A stretch of 64,000 bases of DNA from an uncultured Bdellovibrio sp. (GTDB taxonomy: Bacteria > Bdellovibrionota > Bdellovibrionia > Bdellovibrionales > Bdellovibrionaceae): assembly GCA_963932905.1 (NCBI GenBank), contig CAWVRN010000007.1:32001-96000 (forward strand), read 5' to 3'. The translations under genes and the position numbers were made by a program. The notes below the pieces were generated by a model. The model saw nothing but the letters and a program-made list of their open reading frames with translations. It ran no database searches and was not told where the DNA came from. The stretch's first letter is position 1; each line of letters opens with the position of its first letter. This document shows positions 19,452-27,549 of this stretch, piece by piece.

Positions 19452-20627
19452 CTAAATAATTGAGTCGACGTATTCTTGTTGTGAGAATGGTTTCAAATCG
19501 TGGATACGCTCACCTATGCCCAGTATCTTAATGGGAATCTTAAGTTCATTTGAAATACCGATGACAACCCCGCCTTTGGCCGTGCCGTCCATCTTCGTCA
19601 AAATCACACCCGTCAAATTCAACGCCTGGTGAAATTCACGCGCTTGAATCAAAGCGTTCTGGCCAGAATTCGCATCTAGGACAATCCAAATATTATGAGG
19701 TGCATCCGCACTGTTCTTAGCCATGACACGTTTCACTTTTTTAAGCTCTTCCATCAAATTCACCTGAGTGTGCAAACGCCCAGCTGTATCCACGATCACT
19801 AAATCATAACCTTGCGCTTTCGCTTTGGCGACAGCATCAAACGCAACCGCACTTGGATCGGCGACACCCTCGGGTGAAAAAATCTCAACCTGCGCGCGAT
19901 CCGTCCACACTTTCAATTGATTCTGAGCGGCCGCACGAAACGTATCTCCAGCAGCCACAAGAACACGCTTACCTTGCCCCGCCATCAACGCCGACAATTT
20001 CCCAATCGTTGTAGTTTTACCAGCACCATTCACACCCACGATCATCAAAACAGTCGGCCCTTCCGAAGCCCAGCGAATACGCTGAGCGATTTCAAGATGA
20101 TCGTGTTCAACAGAACCATTCGAAGCATGCAATATCGAAAGAATTTTCTCACGCAGAGTTTTCTTCACAGTATCCAGATTTTTTTTATCTGAAGACGACA
20201 GCGTTTCGTCCAAATGACTCATCAAAGACTGAACCGTCGTTGAGCCGATGTCCGCCGTGTACAACACTTCTTCAACATCTTCCAACGGTTGAGCGGCATT
20301 TGAAGAGAACGCATTTTTAATACGACCCCAAAAATTCTCACGAGTTTTCGATAACGCTTTTTCAACGGTGTTTGTTTCATCCCCAGGAAGAACCACTTCC
20401 CCAGAAGCAGAAACGGGAGCCAAAACTTTTTCCTTAGATGGAGTCTGAAGAGATTCAGTCAAAGAATCAGATTCACGAGCCGCAATTTGCTCAACAGCCT
20501 CAGACGTTTCAGAAGATTTATTTTTCTTAAGAGCTTTAAGAATAAACGGCGTAAAAATAGCTAAAATAATTAAAGCGACACAAAAAAATAAAATCCGAAT
20601 CGCATCCTGATGTGCTTCTGGCATCAT
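19452..20627 (-). CDS. ftsY: SRP receptor FtsY with N-terminal TM helix
   Basis: GVNGAGKTTT, GDTFRAAA, DTAGR and TKMDGTAKGG; start re-called at MMPEAH (GGAG SD). Confidence 0.97.
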   Translation of the reverse strand: MMPEAHQDAIRILFFCVALIILAIFTPFILKALKKNKSSETSEAVEQIAARESDSLTESLQTPSKEKVLAPVSASGEVVLPGDETNTVEKALSKTRENFWGRIKNAFSSNAAQPLEDVEEVLYTADIGSTTVQSLMSHLDETLSSSDKKNLDTVKKTLREKILSILHASNGSVEHDHLEIAQRIRWASEGPTVLMIVGVNGAGKTTTIGKLSALMAGQGKRVLVAAGDTFRAAAQNQLKVWTDRAQVEIFSPEGVADPSAVAFDAVAKAKAQGYDLVIVDTAGRLHTQVNLMEELKKVKRVMAKNSADAPHNIWIVLDANSGQNALIQAREFHQALNLTGVILTKMDGTAKGGVVIGISNELKIPIKILGIGERIHDLKPFSQQEYVDSII

Positions 20628-20799
20628 AAAAAAACTCCATTGAGATATGCCGGGAATATACACACTACTTGCTTGTTTATTAAGGAAAAAGAGAGAGTTT
20701 GCTGAAGAACTGAGGATTTCTTGGTGAAGGGCAAAAGCCCAAACCAAAGGAACCAGCGAAGCGCAGTTCCAGACAAAAAAGATCACCAGCCAACAACGA

Positions 20800-20920
20800 G
20801 CGCGCTCTATTGGCGGCGCGGACGAGGCGACTAGGAGAGCCCCGCGGAGGCGTAGTGTAAACTACGCCGCACAAGTGGGCCGACGACGGCAACGAAGGCC
20901 CCGCCGTCAATAGAGCGCGC
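20800..20920 (+). repeat. ~121-bp imperfect palindromic element, same family as 11984..12108
   Basis: GCGCGCTCTATTGGCGGCG/CGCCGTCAATAGAGCGCGC outer stem; GGCGTAGT-GTAA-ACTACGCC apical stem; shared AGGCG and CAACG motifs. Confidence 0.75.
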
Positions 20921-20932
20921 ATAAAGCCGAGA

Positions 20933-23900
20933 TTAGTGAATATCTTGTAGGGAAACAGAAACCATGGTCGACACCCCACGCTCTTGCATCGTAACCCCGT
21001 ATAACTTCTTAGCTACTTCCATCGTGTGTTTATTATGCGTAACTACTATGATTTGTGATCGTTTCGACATTTCACGTACTAGATCGTTGAAACGGAATAC
21101 GTTCGCATCATCAAGTGGCGCATCAACCTCATCCAGTAAGCAGTATGGAGACGGTTTTACCAGGAAGATAGAGAATACTAGAGCTACCGCAGTCAGGGCT
21201 TTTTCACCACCCGACATTAGAGTTACGTTCTGCATTTTCTTGCCCGGAGGACGAGCGATGATTTCAATACCAACTTCTGTTTTTTCTGGATCTTCATGAA
21301 GTTCCAGTTTCGCCTCACCACCACCGAATAGGACTGGGAATACGCGAGTGAAACGATCATTAACTAGATCGAATGTCTCTTTGAATTTTTTCGAGCAGAT
21401 ACGGTTAATACGATCAATTACTCGACGTAATTGTTCTTTTGCTTCAACTAGATCGTCATATTGTTTTGTAAGGAACTCATAACGTTTCGTTGTTTCATCA
21501 TACTCTTCGATTGCAGATAGATTCACTTCGCCGATACGAGATAATTTTTCTTTTAATTCTTTAAGCTCAGCTTCTGCTAAGTATGAATCACCTGTGCGAT
21601 CAACATATTTGTGAACCACTTCTGGCAACTGCAACATATAACGTTCACGAACTTGGTCAACTAGGTACTGCTCTTTCAAACGAGCTTGATCCAATTTCAA
21701 CTGAGCATCGTTCATCAATGACAAACGATCGTTCTTAGCTTTTTGCAAGCTAGCTAACTGATCAGCGTATCCCGATAATGAATTCGACATTTCTTCGAAT
21801 GTATTTTTGCCGATCGAGAAATCTGATTTCAATGATTCTAAAGCATCTAACCATTTTTCAAATTCGATTTTCTTTTCTTCCAGTGCGTACTGACTTTCCG
21901 TCATTTTTTCAGAGTACATTTCTGTCTCTTCAGTCATACGAGATAATTGTGATTGCAGATCCGTTAATGATCTAGAAACCATATCTAGCTGGCGAGTCAC
22001 ACCAGTGTACTCTTGGCTTTTCGTCGCTAGCTCAACTTGAAGCTCAGTTACGATTTGTTGTAATTCAGGGAAACCTTTTTGAGTGACATCTAGTTCTGAA
22101 TCCAGTGACTGAACAAGCTCTTCAATTTCATGCTTTTTCAAACGGGTTTCTTCGATACTCGAATTAAACTCATTTTGCTTTTCATTTAAAACATTCAAAT
22201 TATCTTGGATTTTCTTAATCTCGCGATCTTGTTTTTCAACTGCGTACTGTGCGTTTACTAATTCTTGTTCGGCGCGATCCAAATCTTTTTGCAATTCACG
22301 TACTTTGATTTCTTGCTCGATTTTGCGTTTCTGCGCACCTTCAAAATCAGTTACGATAGTTTGTAATTGCTCTTCTAGTTTTTTCAATGCCATTTGAGCT
22401 AAAGATAATTTACCCGCCCATTCGTCTTTCTGAGCCGTTAATTCTTTGATTTGGTTTTTACGGTGTAAAATACCCGATTCGGAATTTTCTTTAGATCCAC
22501 CCGAAATAACGCCTTCATGAGTTACTGAGTCGCCATCCATAGTAACGAATGTCCAACCTGGGAACTGTGAACGCAATTCAACCGCGCGTTCTAATGTTTC
22601 CACTACCGCGATATTATCGACAAAGTAGCTGACTGATTTTTCAAATTCTGGTTTTGATTTAACAACATCACGAAGCAATACTTTAACGCCGTCAAGTCCT
22701 GCTGGCGTTTGTTCAGTCATATCTTGTCTGGAAGAATCTACTGACAAGAAACTCGAACGACCTGAACGGGAATTTTTCAAATACTGAATTGCATCGACGC
22801 TGGCTTTAGGATCTTGCGCTAACAACATCTGTAAACGCTGACCTAATGCGGATTCCATGGCTACTTCGTAACCAGGCTCAACTTCCACTACATCGGATAC
22901 TGGTTGGAATTCAGAGAATGACGAATCATCAGATCCAGAAACTTCCGTTTCATACGTCGTGACACTGCCATCCGCATGCATTTCTGTTTGCGTCGCCGTT
23001 TGTTTCTTTTGAACTTTAGATTTCTGCCATAACAGAACAGACTTAACACCTGATTCGAAACCTTCAAAACTAGATTGCAAGTTTTCTAAACCATACAAGC
23101 TAGATGTCGTGCGGCCCAATAAATCTTTGAATTCTTCAACTTCTTCTTTTTTCTCGAAAACTTGCTGATTCAAGATTTTTTTATTCGCTTCGAATGAATC
23201 CACATCGCTGTTTAAATCCATCGACAGCTGACGGTTTTTTTCTAATTCCGAGAAAATACGATTTCTACGTGATTCAAATTCCATGTGCTTTTCACGTAGC
23301 TCATTAAGAACCAAACCTTCGTTAGTTTCTTTTTCTTCCAGGTCCGTGATTTGATTGTCTAAACCTTGAGTCTTAGCTTCTAATGCATTCAATGACTGAC
23401 CAACGGCGAATAATTCACGACGTTTTTCAGTTAATAAATCATCCACTTCTTGGATGCGAGCTTGGTCACGCTTGAACACTTCATTTTTATCAGCGAACTG
23501 AGCAGACAGTGTATCCACGTCTGTTTTTAATTGTTCTGATTGCGCTTTTAAGCTGTCTTGATCACGAACAAGCAATTCTAAACGAGCTTGTTGTTCTTGC
23601 ATCAAGCTACCCGTCATTTGTTCATTACGACGAGCTTGTTCGATTTCAAAACGTAGCTCTTGGATTTCCATTTCTTTCTTGGAAACTTGAGACTGTTTTT
23701 CGTAGTATGAATTTTGAAGCGTTTCGACTTCTTTTTCTTTTTCTAAAACTTGTAATTTTAAAGTTTCAAAATCAGATTGCAATGACGCCAATTGAGATTC
23801 GCCTTCGACTTCCATCGCTTGCGCTTCGTTGAATAGACGTTGAGCTTCATCCGCAGTGTTTTTTAATTCTAAGTATTGTTTAGATGACAACCAAAGATCT

Positions 23901-24583
23901 AAATCCTCAACTTGGTTTTTCAAGTTACGGTAGCGTTCTGCGCGCTGTGCTTGTCTTTGCAATGAATCGATCTGACGTTTTAATTCACCGATGATATCTT
24001 GCAAACGAACTAAATTTTGATCTGTTTGCTGTAATTTTCTTTGAGATTCTTTTTTACGCGCTTTGAATTTAGTGATACCCGCTGCTTCTTCGATCAAATG
24101 ACGACGATCTTCTGGTTTCGACGTGATGATTTTACCGATCATACCTTGTTGAATGATAGAGAAACCTTTAGAGCCCGCACCCGTATCCATGAAGATTTCT
24201 TGTACGTCTTTTAAACGAGCCGGTTCTTTATTGATAAAGTATTCACCTTCACCATTTCTGTGAAGACGACGAGTCACCATGATTTCAGTGTGTTTTAAGT
24301 ATTTAAGTGGAAACGGACCACCATCATTTTCAAGAGTTAGGGATACTTCACACATTCCAAGAGGAGCATAACCTTCGGCGCCGGCAAAGATGACGTCGGT
24401 CATTGTAGATCCACGTAAATCTTTCGCGGACATTTCACCCATTACCCAAACTAAACCATCCACGATATTTGATTTACCGCAACCGTTCGGTCCAACGACA
24501 CCTGTGATACCAGCATCGAATTGAATGACTGTTTTATCTTTGAAAGACTTAAAACCAACCAGTTCTAATTTTTTAATTCTCAA
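20933..24583 (-). CDS. smc: Chromosome segregation protein SMC
   Basis: GFKSF, GPNGCGKSN Walker A, hinge, MSGGE signature, LLDEVDAPLD. Confidence 0.98.
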   Translation of the reverse strand: MRIKKLELVGFKSFKDKTVIQFDAGITGVVGPNGCGKSNIVDGLVWVMGEMSAKDLRGSTMTDVIFAGAEGYAPLGMCEVSLTLENDGGPFPLKYLKHTEIMVTRRLHRNGEGEYFINKEPARLKDVQEIFMDTGAGSKGFSIIQQGMIGKIITSKPEDRRHLIEEAAGITKFKARKKESQRKLQQTDQNLVRLQDIIGELKRQIDSLQRQAQRAERYRNLKNQVEDLDLWLSSKQYLELKNTADEAQRLFNEAQAMEVEGESQLASLQSDFETLKLQVLEKEKEVETLQNSYYEKQSQVSKKEMEIQELRFEIEQARRNEQMTGSLMQEQQARLELLVRDQDSLKAQSEQLKTDVDTLSAQFADKNEVFKRDQARIQEVDDLLTEKRRELFAVGQSLNALEAKTQGLDNQITDLEEKETNEGLVLNELREKHMEFESRRNRIFSELEKNRQLSMDLNSDVDSFEANKKILNQQVFEKKEEVEEFKDLLGRTTSSLYGLENLQSSFEGFESGVKSVLLWQKSKVQKKQTATQTEMHADGSVTTYETEVSGSDDSSFSEFQPVSDVVEVEPGYEVAMESALGQRLQMLLAQDPKASVDAIQYLKNSRSGRSSFLSVDSSRQDMTEQTPAGLDGVKVLLRDVVKSKPEFEKSVSYFVDNIAVVETLERAVELRSQFPGWTFVTMDGDSVTHEGVISGGSKENSESGILHRKNQIKELTAQKDEWAGKLSLAQMALKKLEEQLQTIVTDFEGAQKRKIEQEIKVRELQKDLDRAEQELVNAQYAVEKQDREIKKIQDNLNVLNEKQNEFNSSIEETRLKKHEIEELVQSLDSELDVTQKGFPELQQIVTELQVELATKSQEYTGVTRQLDMVSRSLTDLQSQLSRMTEETEMYSEKMTESQYALEEKKIEFEKWLDALESLKSDFSIGKNTFEEMSNSLSGYADQLASLQKAKNDRLSLMNDAQLKLDQARLKEQYLVDQVRERYMLQLPEVVHKYVDRTGDSYLAEAELKELKEKLSRIGEVNLSAIEEYDETTKRYEFLTKQYDDLVEAKEQLRRVIDRINRICSKKFKETFDLVNDRFTRVFPVLFGGGEAKLELHEDPEKTEVGIEIIARPPGKKMQNVTLMSGGEKALTAVALVFSIFLVKPSPYCLLDEVDAPLDDANVFRFNDLVREMSKRSQIIVVTHNKHTMEVAKKLYGVTMQERGVSTMVSVSLQDIH

Positions 24584-25124
24584 TGGATTTCCCTCTTCTA
24601 ACTTTTTCTAACTACGTACCGCTATGTAAACAGGCTTGCAAGAGCAAGCTCAAAAGGCCAACTAGGCTTTTAGCCAGTCTAGCCCCCAAATTGTGGGGAA
24701 TATTTACTTATGTTTCAAGAATATTCGTAAGAACGCCCGCTTTTTGAGCTGAGTTTTGGCGATGATTGAAGGGGATTTCTGAGATTTCAACGCCTTGCGT
24801 TTTTCCGAGATCCTAGAAATGCTCAAAGCCACGTTCAGAGACCTAGCTCTGCGACTGAATGTCTAGCAGACTGCGATCAGACGTGGGCGCCTAGCCCCAA
24901 GCATCACGCTCCGCGAAGCTCTTTCCAATTGATCTCTAATTGCCTGCTTAATAGATAGAGCCTTACGTTGTTTGTTTAACGGTGATCTCATTATTCGCTG
25001 GTCCAGTTTTTTAAGATGTTGGGCAACTTATTGCGCCTTACTGATTTTAGCTCTTCAAGACGTTTACAGTTTGGGCCAAATCCCTGTATTCTAATAAGCA
25101 GCAAGGGGATAAAATAAGGGACGT

Positions 25125-26141
25125 ATGATTTTAATTTTACTCTCTGTTTTAGCATTTGCTGGCGAACCAGATAACTTTTCGGGAAGAAACACACCTCCGC
25201 AAAACGAAGTGGTAAATAAATACATTCAGGAAAAACTTGATCGAATTGCAAGCTCTCATAATAAAATTAATTATGGACATTCAATTTGCAACATCGGGGA
25301 GCTCAATAAGTTACTTGAAGATACATTTGATCGCAATTGGCCAGATGTGTATGCGTTAAAATGGGAAGTACAGGTGGATGGTCCTGAAGACTTTGACAAG
25401 TCAATTTTAAAAGGGACCATGCGATCCCAATTTATGATTCCTTCAGTTACCTTGAAACTAAATGAAAAAAACTACTCGGTAGGAATTGATAAAATTGATC
25501 ATCTTTTCTCTCATGGATACTTATTCTGGAAAATAATTAACAAGGATCCAAGTATGCCAAAGCAAAAGGTGTTGAACGCCCTAAAATTTGGAATGGCTCA
25601 GGAAAATGGTACGTGGGGGCTAAAGGCCGCAGGTCAAAAATCCTTTGGAGACTTATCTGCAAATTATTTAGGGATGAATTTTTGGCGAGATTTATGGAAT
25701 GGAGACCCTTCATTTTTTAAGTGTGGGAATGGACAATTGAGTGTTCAAAGAAAGTTTAAAATTGAGGACTATTTTGATGGGTCGGTTGATGAGGCCATCA
25801 ATTGCAATACTTATGAAAATAAAGAAATGGCCGCGACAATTATCACAAGAACAGAAGCACTTGGAAGAAAATGCCCAATTGACAAAACTGATTGCGATCA
25901 ATTTATTAAAAAAATTCCTACCGAATATCAGCCCTATCTTCTGCATCCATTGTGTCGTGGTCAGCAATCTAATCAAGTAGAAAGCCCCTCCGCTTTAACG
26001 ACGAAGGACATTCTTGATGCAGGCTCAGCACTTGTGGATGGAGGTGGAAATTTTTTAGAACTTTTCTTTCCTCCTCCTACACAAAAATCAGCTCCAGTTC
26101 TCATTAAAAAAGGAACTACCCCGCTTGGAGTTGTGAGATGA
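25125..26141 (+). CDS. Secreted hypothetical protein, possible metal-dependent enzyme
   Basis: Signal peptide ending AFA; DKIDHLFSHG...E...SFGDLSANYLG motifs; six Cys. Confidence 0.7.
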   Translation: MILILLSVLAFAGEPDNFSGRNTPPQNEVVNKYIQEKLDRIASSHNKINYGHSICNIGELNKLLEDTFDRNWPDVYALKWEVQVDGPEDFDKSILKGTMRSQFMIPSVTLKLNEKNYSVGIDKIDHLFSHGYLFWKIINKDPSMPKQKVLNALKFGMAQENGTWGLKAAGQKSFGDLSANYLGMNFWRDLWNGDPSFFKCGNGQLSVQRKFKIEDYFDGSVDEAINCNTYENKEMAATIITRTEALGRKCPIDKTDCDQFIKKIPTEYQPYLLHPLCRGQQSNQVESPSALTTKDILDAGSALVDGGGNFLELFFPPPTQKSAPVLIKKGTTPLGVVR

Positions 26142-26560
26142 AGCGGTATTTTATTATTGGTGTCTTATTGGGAATGGTCACTTTGAAGGTTTATGCCGAT
26201 AGCACTTATATATCGAGTACTAAGAGCCATAATCACTTGGAAGCTAATAAGCTATGGCGAAAGTTTATCGGTTGTGGAAATCCGAAGAATAGCGAAAAGC
26301 TAACCAAAGCCTGCCTGCAAGAGACTGGTGCATATTCCTTCTCAACATTTGAAGTCAGTAAGGCGTTTGAATTTCTATCCTTAGGCCTCGAAGTTACGGG
26401 GCTGAAGGAGTGTTCAATTGCTCAAAAAAAGTCAGTTATTAAATCTAAAACGAATGATTTTCTTTGTTTTAAAATTTTAGGAAACAAGACTTCATCAACT
26501 GGTTATGTCTATTTCACAAGAAAAAAAGACACATTGAAAATTTTAAAGATAAAATATTAA
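26138..26560 (+). CDS. Secreted hypothetical protein
   Basis: Signal peptide ending VYA; ATGA overlap with the upstream gene; four Cys. Confidence 0.7.
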   Translation: MKRYFIIGVLLGMVTLKVYADSTYISSTKSHNHLEANKLWRKFIGCGNPKNSEKLTKACLQETGAYSFSTFEVSKAFEFLSLGLEVTGLKECSIAQKKSVIKSKTNDFLCFKILGNKTSSTGYVYFTRKKDTLKILKIKY

Positions 26561-26645
26561 TGACCATAATCCCCTAGCTTCAGACTGGCATCGTAAATTT
26601 GAATGAGGTTTTTATTCAGATCAAAACCTTATAGAGAAGAAGTTC

Positions 26646-26673
26646 AACGGCGCCTGAGAAATTGAGCGCCGTT
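26646..26673. terminator. Hairpin between convergent genes
   Basis: AACGGCGC...GCGCCGTT stem. Confidence 0.45.
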
Positions 26674-26702
26674 TGAGTTCGTAAGAAGTGGTTTTGGACG
26701 AC

Positions 26703-27227
26703 TTAATAATTCAATAGTGCAGAAAAGCATTCTTCGCCATTAAACCAAACCACCTTAAGCTCGCCATTTAGGTCAACGGTAGAAGTTATGTATTCGACTT
26801 CTCCGGAAAGGTCTGCGGAGCCCGATTTAAGAGAAAATTTTGGGTTGCCAGATTTAAAGTAGACCTCAACTAGGTTGTCTATGAATTTAATCTCTGCGTG
26901 AGCCTTAGATCCATACTCTGTTTTTACTACGATATCCGTACCGCTTTGTTGGTGGATACATTGCGATCCAGCTAGCTCCAGATTCGTTCCTGATACAGTT
27001 ATAGTTTGGTTGCAGGTATCGCTTGTATTTCCATTTAGCTTCTTTTCTGCGGATTTAAATATTGAAATGTACGGCAAAGCAGTTGTCTTTGCGCTGCTCC
27101 CAAAAGACAAACACCAGTTATCTGGAGAAGTTCCGCAGGAAAGCCTACATTGTTCAGGAGTGCGACTAGCATAAGCCAATGCACTGTTCGCAAAGGCTAA
27201 TAAGAAGGTTAAAATGATAAGTTTCAT
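26703..27227 (-). CDS. Secreted Cys-containing hypothetical protein
   Basis: Start re-called at MKLIIL (GGAG SD); signal peptide; six Cys; beta-rich. Confidence 0.7.
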   Translation of the reverse strand: MKLIILTFLLAFANSALAYASRTPEQCRLSCGTSPDNWCLSFGSSAKTTALPYISIFKSAEKKLNGNTSDTCNQTITVSGTNLELAGSQCIHQQSGTDIVVKTEYGSKAHAEIKFIDNLVEVYFKSGNPKFSLKSGSADLSGEVEYITSTVDLNGELKVVWFNGEECFSALLNY

Positions 27228-27549
27228 AAAAGCTCCGATAGGTTTAATCATATTCAATCAATCTTCGTGGTCAACAAGGGAATACTTCTATACGCTACTT
27301 GGTCATGCACCACTTAGCTTGTTGGGGCGCTTTCTAGGAAAGAACGGCGAAGCTTCAAACCTCGCCTCTCGTTTCTAGAAATACCATTTATTTCAATGAC
27401 TGTCAGACGAAGTCGAAACCAACAGCGAGAAGTGTCGATCAAATCTAAGTTTATAGAGTTTAAATCTTGCGGAAGGCAGCATCCCTGGCGCACACATTCA
27501 CAAACTAACAGAACCTGACCCAGTTTACAGAATCAGATTACTGAATGAG

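Noticed and set aside
20628..20979. 99-aa ORF 20680..20979 and the long FtsY N-terminal extension
   Set aside because: Open frames through the palindrome and its skewed, stop-poor flank; a better SD/ATG lies at 20627.
24584..25124. Long smc upstream region with CCACGT/ACGTGG pairing and a GGGGCT start on the minus strand (tRNA, tmRNA or parS?)
   Set aside because: No cloverleaf, T-loop, tag ORF or parS consensus could be built; left unexplained.
25125..27549. Genomic island or prophage between smc and ppdK
   Set aside because: Somewhat AT-rich hypothetical genes, but no integrase, phage genes, tRNA site or flanking direct repeats were seen.
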